Source of the DNA: Penicillus capitatus
Lineage: Eukaryota; Plantae; Chlorophyta
NCBI GenBank assembly: GCA_965649825.1
Contig: OZ287697.1
Span: forward strand, 2,156,351-2,220,350
Direction of reading: 5' to 3'
DNA length: 64,000 bases
Shown: piece after piece, positions 34,520 to 47,566 of the stretch
How the letters are laid out: each line of letters starts with the position of its first letter
Numbering within the stretch: the stretch's first letter is position 1
Translations under genes and position numbers: made by a program
The notes under the pieces: generated by a model
The model's database searches: none
What the model saw: the letters and a program-made list of their open reading frames with translations, nothing else
Told to the model about the DNA's origin: nothing

Positions 34520-37500
34520 ATGGCGGGGGGCTCGAAAAAGAAAGTGAGGGAAAGGAAAGCGGCGCATAAAGCAGTGATAAGGAGAAATGCTGTAGGGACG
34601 CAATCGACACAAAGGTGGTCCGAAAACGACGAGTGACGTGGCTCGCAATGTGCGTTCGTTCGTGACCTCGACGAAAATCCAGACGCTCACCACTTGTTCT
34701 ATACCGTTAGGGGTCGAATGCCACGACTGAGGTGACAACTGATATCTCTGAAGGGCACTCCGAGGCACAGAGGGAGCAGAAAGAGATTCCCTCTCTGCCA
34801 GAGGGTGAAGAAGATTCTCAGACAAAAGGGAATGGATCGATAACTGAGGCTCCGCAAGAGAGCACTGTTCCAGCAGCATCCCCATCTGAAGATGTTGCCG
34901 TGCCTCGAGATTTGAGACCTGCTTTAACAGAGCTGAACAATGAGGAATCGGATGTTGTCCATCAGGAGGCGGTTATGCACTGGCAGCAGCGTTATGAGGA
35001 GGTGTGTGCGGAGCTGGAAAAGGTAAAAGAGACGACCGATGTGGCCAATCGAGCAAAGGAGAAGGCGGAGCAGGACTGCATTGCGGAACGCGATAGGCAG
35101 TCATTCTTGCATCAGCAGTTGGCGGAGGCCGCAGAAGTGCAGGAGTCGATGGCCACACAAGCAAAAGAGTGGGAAAAAGTGAGAGAAGCCTTGCTGGATG
35201 AGGTATCGGCGTTGAAAGGACAGCTATCCGAAGTCGAGGCAGAATGTGAAAAGGCACAGCAGTCGGAAACAACGGCCATACAAGATGCCACTTCTGCAAG
35301 GGACGAACTACAGGAAATGCACAAAATACAGAACACGCTTAGCGCCCGTTGTGAAACACTCGACATCGTGGAGCAGAAATGCGAGAAATTGCAGCTGGAG
35401 AAGGACGTTATGGAGTCAGAGCTTGAAGAGACAAGGCAGCTATCTGCATCGAGACTGATAGAGCTGGAGAATGTGCGACGTAACGAGGCGTGCTTGCAGT
35501 CTGAACAGACGCGTCTCGAAGAGGAGTCCCGTGAAAATCAAGCACTCTTCGAATCAAAGCTGGAAGCTGCAAGGAACGTGCATCAAGATCAAGAGGATCA
35601 GCTGACGAAGCTTAGGGAAACGCTCGCGGCGACAGAGGCAGAATGCCGGCAGATTGGAGAAGAGAAAGAAAACATGTCTGCTGCATTGAAGGAGCGTGAA
35701 GAGGCAGAGCACGCGCATCAGGGCAAGCAGGAAGATCTTAGGAACAAGCTCAAGGCTGCTGTTCGCAAAGGAAAGCGCATCGAAGAGGAGAAACTCGCAC
35801 TGGAAGCTCAGCACTCCGACCTCGATGCCCAAGTCAAAGGACTTTCGTCACAGGTGGACGATCTCACATCTCAGATCGCTGTATGGGAAGAGAAGCAGCG
35901 GCTGGCTGAAGAACAAAGGGCAGAATTGGAAGAGGAATTGGCCAGAGAGCGTGAAGTCTCTGCAGAAAGGCAGGTGGCCTTGACACAAGTGGATATGGAT
36001 TTTGCGGCATTCAAAACCGAGTGGCAGTTGCGCCTCGACGAAGTGGAAGGCATGAAGAACGAAGTTATGGAGAAAGAGAACGGCACACGGACGAAACTCC
36101 AGTCGGCAGTGAAGAAGGGCAAGCGGATTGAAAGCGAAAAACAGCAACTGGAACGGCAGGTTTGGTGCTACAGAGGATCTGTGTTCATCAGATAGCGATG
36201 TGTTTGTGTAGATAGAGGAGATGGGTAACGTAATATCAGGAATAATACCAAAGGTACCGGAGATTTCTGTTTTGAAGCAGCAAGTGGTGCAACTATCGAC
36301 CGAATTGGCATCTGTGGAACTCCAGCTTCAAAATTGTGTCAAAGAGGGAGCAGATCATCGAAACGAAGTTCTGCGATTGACTAAGGAAGCAGAGACATTG
36401 CAGACAGAATGTTCCAAAGCGGAAACTGCCCAGAAGCTGCTCCAGGTGCAACTTCAAGAAGAGCTCGACAGAAATGTCCGGGCAGACATGGCTCTTGAGG
36501 AAGCAACGCAGCGAATCTGTGATTTCGAGAAAGAGAAGGCGGAGATGGAAGACCAAAGAGCACGACTCGAAAGCACCATTACGGGAAATGAGACAAAACT
36601 TGTCCGTGCCCGCGAAGCGATCGAAGCCTTGAGGAAGGAACGTTCTTTGCTCTCTGAGCAGCATGCCACCCTCGAGCAGGAGGTCCACAGCTTGCGATCC
36701 GAGAACGAGGCAATCATACAGCAGCAGGACAATCCTGAAGAGTCAGAGCTCGAAAAGAAGATTTTAGAAATAGAAAAGGCGCATCGCTTAGCAGAGAAGC
36801 GTCTGGAAGAAGCGTCAGATCAGCTGCTCGAGACGCAAGAGGCAAAGCAGAAACTGGAGATGCAGTTGACAACGCTGCAAGAAGAACTCCAGTCTTCATC
36901 CAATCCTCCAGATCACTCAGCCGACCTTCAAGTAACTCTGGTCCACGATTGAAAACGGAAGCAGCTGTTGTCTGTCTGCTTCACCAGGTCATCGAATCTC
37001 TCTATCAGACAGCCACCAGTGTTGCCCAACAGTTGAATTTGCCGTTTATGGAAACGGCATCGCTCAGCAACGGCGATATGAGCAATGCTCAGCTACAGGC
37101 TGTTCAAGTATTGTTGGAAGGCACAAGCGTCGGCATCAAGAAAACTCAAGAACAAGTGAGAGACTGCCTCTTAGCAGAACAGAGAATGTCGACATTCATC
37201 ACTGTGTAGTTGGCTCAGCTGCCAGCCGTTATGGGCGAACTCGAATCATCTAAATCGACGATCCGGCATCTCGAGGAGGAGCTTGTCGGTTTGAAGAAAG
37301 AGGCTGTGACACCGGCATCCTCCTCGACAGTGGACATTCCAACGACTTCTCTATCCACACCCTACGCTCAAGTCATCAACCATCCCTTCATCTTTCGGCA
37401 ATGACATGTTCATGAGGTTTTGCAGATGAAAGGTATCAAGCGACGGGAATTGCAGGAGCCAACGATGGCAGATAGCCACGTCATCGACTTGGACAACGGA

Positions 37501-37722
37501 GTCATAGAGGGCGAAACGGAATCGAAGACGGGAGAATATACACCGTTGATCTCTATCCAGGCTCTTCGTTCGGCACCTCCGCCCGTTCTGCATTTCATGC
37601 AATCACTCGACCATCAGACACAAGGGGCCGGACGTCTCTTAGGACATCAACCCATTGCCCGCGTTGGTGTTCTGGCCTATGTCGTGGCCTTACACGTACT
37701 CTTATTCATCCTCATGGTTTAA
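34520..37722 (+). CDS. Long coiled-coil tail-anchored protein, TNO1 (TGN SYP41-interacting)/golgin-like
   Basis: About 900 aa of heptads with two KLxxAV(R/K)KGK motifs (LRNKLKAAVRKGK, TRTKLQSAVKKGK). C-terminal QPIARVGVLAYVVALHVLLFILMV* TM anchor. ATG 34520 is joined by two GT-AG introns. Confidence 0.7.
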
Positions 37723-37758
37723 TCGGTCCGATAAGTGTTGTTGTTGTTATGGAAGACA

Positions 37759-39807
37759 TCATTGCACCTTAATAATGCCGGCCGTCATCAGTTTGTTAAG
37801 CTTGGACATGATCTCGGGATTCTTCAAATGCTTCTGTGCGCCACGGGGATCGTTCTCGAAATCTTTCAACACCTGAGCCATCACAGGATCTGTCAGGATC
37901 TGTTGGATCTCTGGATCAGCCATCGCTCGGTTTCTTCTCTCCTGCAATTCTGCCTCGGATGCCTCTCCTCTCGCAAATCTGAGAACACATCTTCATCTGT
38001 CACATCGAGCAAAGAGTGACAAAGTGTGACCTGTTGATCTGTTGAATGCAACGTTTCAAACCGTCTTTCATCTCTTCGCTGTCAGGATCCACCTCTAGTC
38101 CTTTCTTGTAAGTCTCCATTGCCTTCTCATACTCTTTCATAAAAAACTGTAGGCTGCCTTTACGCAAGTAGCCCTTTCCAAAATCTGGTTTCAGTTCGAT
38201 GCACTTCTCGGCGTCCTTCAGTCCATCGTACCAGGCACAGAGCTTCGTATAACAGGCTGCTCTGTTGCTGTACACTTTGTAAGCTTCCTCATTCATCTCT
38301 GGAGGTCCTCTCTTCAATGCCTCTGTGTAATGTTTGACAGCTTCGGGGTACTGTTGCAGTTTAAATGCCTCGTTTCCTGCCTCTTTCTCTTTGGCACTGA
38401 GTTCCAGATCGATGTACGCTTTCTCTTGGTCATCTTTGAGAATCCTCTCTGCATCACGCAGCGCATTGAGCGTGTCTGCATTGCGATGTTCTGTGAGGGA
38501 CTGATTGAACACCTCAACCGCTGCATCGAGTCTTCCCAGTTTCACCAATGCCTTGCCTTTACGCGTCATAGCCTTAGCAATTAACTTGAAATCAAGATGC
38601 AACTCTGTTCCGCGTGCAACGGCTGTCTCACAGTCTTCAATGCACTTCTCATAATCTCCCATTTCCAAGTAGACAGCTAAAGGTCAAATATCTCATACAC
38701 AAGAGTGTCAGCATGTGGTACTAACCGGCTCGATTGGTCAGGAACGTGATGTCTTCGTCAAACAGCTCAAGTGCTTTTGTGTAGTGCTCAATAGCTTTGG
38801 CGAAATTCTTCTTCTTGTAAGCTGCATTACCTGCTTCTTTTTCCTTCAATGCTGTTTCATGTGCCGTTTTTTGTGCCTTGTCTTCCTCGGACATGGGTAT
38901 TTCTTCCACGACGACGGGTTCTTCCTTCACCTCCTGTGGAGCCTTTGCCGGTGTCTTCACAATCATTACCATCACACATCAAATCTCTGTGGCACACAAA
39001 ACCTGGATATCGGGTGGATCGTTCGCGCCAGTAGCACTGGGTGCATCAGCAGCTGCTGCCACGTTGAGCCCCAATCCCACTTCCATCACCTGGGCACAAT
39101 ATTATCTTCTCTCTTTCTGCTCACGAGCTCACCAGTTGCATGCGTGGGTCATTCAGATACTTCATCATGTTCTGTGGACTCGATTGCAAGTCCTGTAGAA
39201 AGGCCATGAAATCTGGCTTGTCCATCATGGCTCGCGTTCTCGGATCGGACATCAAACGGCCGAAGAATTCTGGAGAAGAAAAAGGACTCTTGGGTTGCTT
39301 CATGGCAGCTTCCACTTGTTCCTTTGCCTCTTTCAATTGAGCATTCTCTGGATCCAATTCCAAACCTGAACAGATGGATGGGTACATCAGAGACAAGAGA
39401 TCTGGTGTCAGCGTTGACTGCCTTTGTCATAAGCAGACAGTGCCTCATCCAATTGCTGTAGTCCATGATAAGCTGCTCCCAGTCGAGAATAGCCTCGGAC
39501 CCAAGTTGGATTGAGCTCTACCACTTTCTGTGCATCTTCTAGCGCCGCATCGAATTGTTTGAGACTCGCCTGAGGTGTCGTTATTAGATGAGGATGTAAC
39601 TGCGAGGAAGCTAGACCCTGGCTGCCGATCGATTGCTGTAGAGGACGTGGTTGGATGGGCTGATTTCAATGGCTTGCGTGAAGAAGTCGATCGCCTCGTC
39701 AAACTGACCCGCCGTAAACGCTTTGTTTCCTTTGGCCTGAAAGCAAACCACTCCATCACTTTTTCGATGCACGAATGGACTGACACCTTGAGTTCGCTTT
39801 CCGCCAT
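37759..39807 (-). CDS. HOP: Hsp70-Hsp90 organizing protein (TPR1-DP1-TPR2A-TPR2B-DP2)
   Basis: [11 protein letters not shown]...LYSNRSAA; [17 protein letters not shown]; [11 protein letters not shown]; [20 protein letters not shown]...KLMTAGII. Confidence 0.95.
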
Positions 39808-39889
39808 CGGACGTTGCGAAATCGCGAAAGAAATCGAAAAGATGCAACATTTTATCGTCAATAACATTCTAGATGCTTCGATCGATAGA

Positions 39890-42032
39890 TCATCGATCGC
39901 TCAGAACATTTCGCAATCTATCATCGTCGATTTGTCCATGGCATGCCACATGTTTAGCGACGTCGGCATGGGTGGGATTGGAAAGATGGATCGATGACGG
40001 TTCAGCTCTATCTGAGCGACATGGGCTTTCATAAACAATGCTTCCATTTCCCTGGCCCCGACAGTCGGGATGCGTGGCAATAGTGAAGATGAGCGATGTT
40101 CCAAGTCCGAGGTCCATTGAATGAGATCTTGTACGGCATCAAGGACAATTCCCCCTTCTTCTTCGATGCCATGTGTCATAAGAAGATTCAATAGACGAGA
40201 GACGTGGTAAGTCATCAATCCCCGACGAAGCGATGGCGCAGAACTGGGCTGCATCCAGATTCCGAGCGACTTCATGACATCCACATGTCTCAGCATCTCT
40301 ATGGCGAATGCAGGTTCCTCGGCCAAGCACTCGAGGCAGCAAACGATGGTCATGACATTCGTGATCTCACGATCCTGCGAAAGAGGGGCATTGGCAATGC
40401 CTTGCAGTCAAGACATCGAGGAGATGCACTGGCGGCGGACACGTGTCATCTGCTTGGAAGACTGGCAGGAGACGGATGAGTAAGGAACACCATGTTGATT
40501 GGAGTCTTGTCGCAACAAGGGCTTGTCGAACGATTTTGTGTTGCACAAGAGACAGGAGGACTTCTAAACGAGTCCTTCGTCTGTCCTCCGTGCATTCAAC
40601 AGACATGTCGGCATTCCATGTATTCAGTGCGTCTCCCTGAATGTTAACAAGGAGGATGGATCAATGCTATTCAGATGCGTGGAGTGTATGGCGCTTTACA
40701 CGAAAGAGAGTGTGGATGTCCTCCGTGATCGAGGCAATGCCTGCTTGCTGTTCCAGTTCTCTCAAGTTTCGTCGAAGGGCTGAGGTTCGGCACCTCTCCA
40801 CGCCGCAGAGATGAAGTGCCGTTTCTGCCTTGTCTGCTACAGTAGCACTGATCCACTCCAAAATGTCGCCTCGAATGGCCTAGAAGTAGAATAACGTATA
40901 GGCCTACCGCGATTCGAGGCACTGACAGCGCATGCTACAGCTGGGTCACGCCCTATGAGTCCGACTAACAATCCCAGAGCTTGACGTTGCACGTCCTCCT
41001 CCACGCTCAGAGACAAGAACAGCCAGAGGCACTTGAGCAGTCGGTCATCTCTCGACAGATCCTCGACTTTCACATGGCGAAGTATGCTGTTCAGGAGACA
41101 GAGGATTGCTTCCTGTGGCCGGGGAATGGTATGCCTCGGATGATATGAACCTTCCTTTTGACCTTTGTCTGTGAGCATTGGGCTCTTTCCAGTGCGAGAA
41201 CGACATTTTCAGTTGGAAATCTGTCTGCGACGTCATCAAAGACGTCAGGAGCCATCGTCACAACAACCATCAACGTCTCTGCACCGTCTTGTCGTGTTGT
41301 CTCCTGCTAAACGCGTATACGGCGTCACGTGCTGTCAGACGTTACCTGACCGTCCAAGTCCGTGATACGAGAGCACAGTGCCTAGTGGTGAAACGCCGTG
41401 CACCGAGTGTGTTGCCATTGGTAAGTCGCGCACGAGTAGAACGGTCGGATGCATGACAAATCGCATGAGCGAATTTCTCCGCAGCGCCAATTCGCGAATG
41501 ACGGCCGTTGCCGTTGCTGGCGATTCGCTGCGCAGGCAGTCCTCGAGGTAATCACGCAAGTCCCCGACATCGACGGCGGCCTGTTTCAGAAGGACTTAGT
41601 CATAGAAGGCCATCCATCCTCTGACAAACACACCAGGGCATGCACGTCTCTGTTTCCTCGAAGAAATTCTGCGACGATGTCAACAATGGGTATGGCAATG
41701 GTGGTGTTTTCCGTATCATGATTCGAAGAGGAGTCGTCTTGCATGACGCCTTCCGATCTCATGTGTTTCAAATGTGAAATGCATTTGGAAAATCTGTGGA
41801 GTTGAGGGATCGGCACCGTCGATCGAATCACGCCACTATTCGCAAAGTTCCAAAAGGTCGTTCGAGCAAAGAACACGGACTCTATTCCCTAGAGCCCATT
41901 CCTCGGTAGACGGTTGGATACAACATCTTCATCAGCTAAGTTTTCCCCATGCATGACCCTTGTTCGGGGAGACGTCACATCACCCTCACGCAGGAACTCC
42001 ATAACGAAGTCTACCTGCTGTTCACGAGGCAT
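39890..42032 (-). CDS. Hypothetical alpha-helical (ARM/HEAT-like) protein, multi-exon
   Basis: A series of Leu-rich helical exons (LLSLVQHKIVRQALVATRLQSTWCSLLIRLLP; CLECLAEEPAFAIEMLRHVDVMKSLG; YHVSRLLNLLMTHG) separated by GT-AG introns. No family recognised; the start is uncertain. Confidence 0.45.
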
Positions 42033-42290
42033 GCCCTAGGCGCAAGCGCTTCGTCGAGTAGCCAATAGGAACCTGCCTCCGCTACTCAGTAACGCATGGT
42101 GACATTCACTCTTCGTTTTTAATCGCTGCCAATCTGGTGAATCGAATCCTCTTCACATTTCGTTTCTGAGAGCGGTTGTGCGTTTCGGTTGTCGCTGAGC
42201 TCTCTCTGTTGGTGCCGTTCGTGCGGTGTCGGTTTATCTATCAAGAGAGAAGACTTTTTTGTTTTTCGTTGCCGCAGTCGCGGTGTCACT

Positions 42291-44341
42291 ATGGAGAGCT
42301 TCTGGCCAGAAGATATCACTCACTGCATTCCGGCCAGCGAACTGACGCAGTTAGTGGTAGACAAGAGGAAGCCTGACCACGTTATCTACTTCGGCGTCCT
42401 GAGAAAATCGGGGCGCCCAGTGACGATAAAAGTCTTAACGGTTGATGGAGTGACTTCACGAAGTCGTTTTATCCAAGAAGCTGCACTCCTGAAACTCCTC
42501 AAACACAAGTACAGTGCTTCACATCATCCATGTCCTCGCTTTACCCATGAGACCCTCTAGAAATATCCCTAACCTTGTCGGTGTTTCGACATTGCCTCCC
42601 CGTTTTGCCGATATTCGCGAAAATGGAACAAGAGCATTACCTGTCATCGTTTCACAACAATACAAAGTGTTCTTGGCGTTTTCGTTTGGTGCATGGAATG
42701 ACGTGTTGTGTGATCAGGGTTCTTCACTCAGTTCTTACATACAGTCGACCCAACTCAAACGCAAATCCAAGAAAGAACGAGCCCGTCACTTTGACATCAT
42801 TTTGGACGTGTTGATCGACGTCGCCGACGCTTTGCTCTATTTGCACCATCGTCGTCCAGCAGTTGTACATCGAGGACTGTCGATGGCACACATAACGGTG
42901 GTCGAAACAGAATCCGGGAATTTCATGGGAACACTCAACGATTTAAGCAGCGCACTGGTATTCTCCTGCACACGCGATCGGTCTGCTTACTCATGGATGG
43001 TGTGGTGATGTTGTTTAGCTTTGCGCTGAAGATACTCGACGTGTGAAGAAACTAGGAATGGATTCTCTTACGGACGATGCCATAAACAGTGAGGATCTCT
43101 TGTCCATGGATTTCTTCAAAGAGCCGTTGTCTTTGACGGCCAGTCAATCACCCACCCCACTGCACACACCTCAGCGCCCACTCATGACATCCCAAATCGC
43201 CACAAGTCCTCAGAAAAAAACGACAAGCTCCAGAAAATCGCTGGCACCTATGCCGCCAGTGCCGAGGGAGAAGGGGTCAAAGAAGAGTGTCGACATGACA
43301 ATGGGAAAGAAGAATACCCCTCGAGCCCGGCCTCCATCAGCCAATGGAATTCGAGGCAGAACATCATCCAGCAGTGATGTTGCTTCGGTTCGGGACAAAA
43401 CATCCGTAAACGGAAAGAAAAAGGGTAGTAGTATGTCGTTGACCGTCTTCAGGCCACTCGAAATCCAGGAGGAGTCTGTCGATGGCGACGCAGCAAGCAC
43501 CTCTACATCTCGCATTTCGGGAAAAAGTCATTCTACCACTGGCGTGATCAGCCAAAATAAAGCAGAAGATTCTCCCATCGCCTTTACCAGTCCGCCCAGT
43601 GTTGTGGTCAATGAAAGCAGTGCCGCGATGAAGAGGATGCCGTTACAGAAAACGCGTGGATACGACTCGGCGTCCAGCTCACGATGGGGGGACTGCTTAA
43701 TCAACGATAAGGTGTGACATTGCTGCCAGATCCACACATGCATGTCTCACTCACTCTTTTGGTTTTTTGCAGAATGGTATAGAAATCACAGATCTGTCAG
43801 CTAGAACATCGACTTCGGACGCAATTCCTGCCGGCAAGCAACCGGTGGATTGGACACCCATTGGTCCATTATTCTCTCGATTTTTGAATCGTGTGCAATA
43901 GAGTGCGTTTTTCTAGAGAGCGGATCGATGCCACTTTCGAGTACGTCCGGCGTCGAGAAAGCGGCGACTCGGGTCGATTCTGTGACACACCTGAAGAAAT
44001 CTTACGGCGAAGCACATCTCGCACCCGAAGTACTCAAAGGACAGCCCTATGGGACAGCCAGCGATGTTTTCAGTCTTGGCCTCACTATCTATAACGCCCT
44101 GGCACAGATGGCGCCGATTGCGCTTTCACAGAAACCTGGACACTTTCAGTTCACATTTGGCGAAGGCTTCCCTGAGGAAGTACAGTCTTTGGTTAGAGAC
44201 TGTTGTCATGTGAAACCCAGTGCTCGTCCGAACGTGGAGACCGTGAAGAAGAGGCTGCAGTCCATTAAACAATCGGAATGCATGAAGCGTCTGCTTGCGC
44301 GAAAGCGAAAGAGATTCTCATGCTTTGGCCGATTTGGATGA
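42291..44341 (+). CDS. TKL-like pseudokinase with a long Ser/Lys-rich insertion in the activation segment
   Basis: VTIKVL (beta3 Lys); FIQEAALLKLLKH; DVADALLYLHHRRPAVVHRGLSMAHI (HRD replaced by HRG); NDLSSA (DFG replaced by DLS); insert; HLAPEVLKGQPYGTASDVFSLG; RDCCHVKPSARP. Confidence 0.8.
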
Positions 44342-45059
44342 AGATAAGAGCTCAGATACGGTCGCCCTCGTCTTCAGCTATCATCATGGGGTGTGATATG
44401 CTCGCCTCGACTCTCGATCTCTTTTCAACCGTTTATGTATGGATCTGTACGCTCGATAGAGGTACGATGGTCATTATTTTTTTGGTGGGTGGTAGACAAT
44501 GTTTGCAACATGACTGCCACTAGGCAGAACGATGGAATCACTAACTGTACACAACAGCATGTGGCCGGCGTATTTTCTGCACACTCATTCTTCCCTAAAG
44601 TGCGCTTAGGCACAACAAAAACTTGTGTTGAATACTCTGTTGCCATTATCCGTCTTTAACTTTCGTGATCTACTAACTGAACCGCGTATGGATCAGGATT
44701 TTCATAATGCGTCGTTATCTGTCAGCACCTAAACGGTCGACTAAGCATGCCTAGCATGGGTCCCATTCCGAATACGATGTGAATATAGTATTCTGGATGC
44801 CGTTCTAAAGTCTTTCCTGCACTTCGTGGCAACTCGAGGCACACGGCAGTGCCTCGTTAGAGTGACTGTGTGTGCATCGTCCGTCGCATTTGCAACTGTA
44901 AAAGTATTTTTTTAGCTCTGAATGCTGAGTCAACCAAGGACACGAACGGCAGCGTGTGCGTATCTTAGATGCGTACCCAGTCCGTCGGAGGTATTTCAGG
45001 GAAAGCCATTCTGCATTTTATGCTGCTTCGTCGGCGACTTTCAGTTCAGTTGTAGCAAT

Positions 45060-46184
45060 ATGGAACCTTTCTCTGCCCGTGACCTCTATACCCTAAGACA
45101 TGTGAAGCGCTTTACGCATAACAACAGTGCCGTCCTTCGAACGGTTTGTTGTTGTCTGTAGACCGCAGAGGGTGAACAGAAGTTGCAGCGACTCCTGTCC
45201 GCCGAAGCTTGTCGACTGTAAGGCCACGCCACGCCGTGCTCCTTAGGCAACTTGTCCGCGCAGGGAAAGTCTCTTAATTTCACAACTGTCCGGCACTTCC
45301 ACGTGGGACCTTGGCACGCCTTCGGCGTTGGCCCCCTGGAATTGGACGACACCCACGGTCGAAGATCTCTTGTTCGAAGAGCACGTGCGACTGAGTTTGG
45401 GTCAGCTCACTGGAGGAAACGATGCCTTGACACCGTCTTGTTCGGATATCTCAGGTGAGTTACAGCGAATGCGTGCCTCGGCGTAGACATGACACTTCTA
45501 CTGCGTGCTATTGCAGAACTCTCATGCGCTTCTCCTCCACTTGACAGCCCAGATGCCACGAATGCCACGACGCACAAAAGATCTGGAGGTGCCGAAGAAG
45601 GCATTCTCGATGTTCGTATGTGCGGAGAGCGTCGTCTGTTCGCACAAGTCACGCTGTTCGCATCGGGATTTGTTATTGGTAGGCCTCGACTCGACAGCAC
45701 ATGCGCACGATGCCATGACGAGAGAGACGCTGTTTGTTTGTCTAGGACCGAAGGGCAAGTCCATTCGCAAAATCGAGATTCTTTCTCGTTGCAGAATAAG
45801 TTCTTCGGTTATTGAAAATGAATCGGACAGGAAGATTCGTCTGTTTTGCATTGATGTAGGAGCCCACTCTATGCCACCTATGCATGCACTAAGCACTCTT
45901 TATGCGTGCCTAGGGTGATAAAGAAGCCCGGGAAAAAGCTTTTAGAATAGTGGCGATGGCAGTAGCGCGTTACAAGGCACTCTGTGATAGCACCCTTGCC
46001 CGTAAGAATATCACCACGAGGCATGTCTATGCACCGAGGTGCTTCCTTTGCTGTAGGAACGAAAGTTGAACACGTCCAACACATTGAGGGAGTGAAGTTT
46101 TACTACTATCCGCCGCCCAAGTCCCGCGGACAGGGTGCAAAAGAGACCGTCAATCTCCCGTCTGTTACGACGGGTAGTATTTGA
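45060..46184 (+). CDS. STAR/QUA1-KH domain RNA-binding protein (SPIN1/Quaking-like), divergent
   Basis: QUA1-like ARDLYTLRHVKRFTHNNSAVLRT..QRLLSAEACRL; RTKDLEVP; KH loop GPKGKSIRKIEILSRCRI; GDKEAREKAFRIVAMAV. Exon joins are partly inferred. Confidence 0.6.
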
Positions 46185-46932
46185 TGCCATGCATTTTTTA
46201 CTTGCACATGCATCAAGCATGAATAACCAAGAGGAGTAAAGTTTTTTCCTGGCAAATGATGCATGGTTTTCACTCGTCTTGCTGTCCTTCGCCATTGAAG
46301 GGGACGAACACACATACACAGACTGCAGGTATCTATACCAGTTGCAAGGAATTTATTCTCTTTTTTCGTATACTAAGATAAACAGCGACTCTTAGCTCTG
46401 CACGACCCGTGGGGAAGGAACCGGAGGTGTGCACTTCTCGTTGTCTATCTCGCTGTGGCCATCTCGTGAAAATAAAAACCTTGCAACGTTCTTTTTTCGG
46501 CGCATTATCTATGGGAGTTTCTAGTTTAAGCGGTTGGTGATTTTGTAGTATCCGATATCCATGCATTCTTACCCGGGTACCGTTCAGTGTGGTGCATTTT
46601 TATCGAGAGTTCTGTCCTGCAGTCTGAATCGGCCTACTATTATACACAAGAACTCAGGTTTTTAAATGACGTACAGAACTTAACACTCTCTAACTTTCTA
46701 TAGAATGGATTCTCATTCTTTCTCTTGGATTCAACCTCAGATCTGTTGAAACCGATCTATGCTAAACGTATCCATTCAAGTGGTTTCTCCAAGAGAGACA
46801 CGTGAACTCTTTCCAATGAGGGGGCGAAGTTGTTTTGGAGCTTATTTGCACTAACAGAAGATCAGAGCATTCTTAGCGGCGCGACTTGTGACCAAAAATG
46901 CTCGCGTTAATGGTGGATGACAGCCAGTATTC

Positions 46933-47566
46933 ATGTCGAATCTATACACGTCGATTCCGTTCTCAATGCGTCTCGAACGTCATCTGCTGTGTCTGGAAAC
47001 GTACATTCGTTTACATCGGCGTCACGAACAATCGTCGAATACGAATACATCGACAAACGCCTCAAATGTGAAAGCGTTTAAGAAAGAGGAGCTTGTGATG
47101 GTGCGCCGTTGCGATCGCTTACTCGTACCAATCTCATCACACACTTTCAGTTTGCCAAGATGCAAGGACTGACCATACCGAAATCGATAACCAAACACGT
47201 CTGGAACATCGATCGCCAATCCTCATCGAATCCAGGATTCCTAGGATCTCATCGAGACGATACACAGAGCACGGTCTCCATGTCTGAAGAGGGAGGCCAC
47301 AATAAACGGCATGTATAAGGTGACGTGCATATGTTGCCAGTGTAGAAAACAGTGCATTGAGCAGCATCTCTCAGGACAAGTGGCAAGGCATGGTGACTCA
47401 GGCCTTCCAATTGCTGGAATGGATGCCGGCGGCGGAGACTGCCAAAGCGTCATCTTCGTTGCAGCCGATGAGTGAGAAAGCTGACCTCGAGAACGGATGG
47501 GTTCGGAAACGACGTAGAAACCGTGATTCTACACAACGAGATGGCAAGAAAGACAAAAAGACTTGA
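46933..47566 (+). CDS. Hypothetical small basic protein, possible SAP/Rho-N-like helix pair
   Basis: AFKKEELVM|FAKMQGLTIPKSITK across a GT-AG intron; basic tail WVRKRRRNRD...GKKDKKT*. The structure is uncertain. Confidence 0.3.

Noticed and set aside
46910-47070. FVYIGVTNNRRIRIH, resembling a GIY-YIG nuclease motif
   Set aside because: The ORF is about 53 codons, spacing to the upstream Tyr motif is wrong, and there is no downstream conserved Glu; probably chance.
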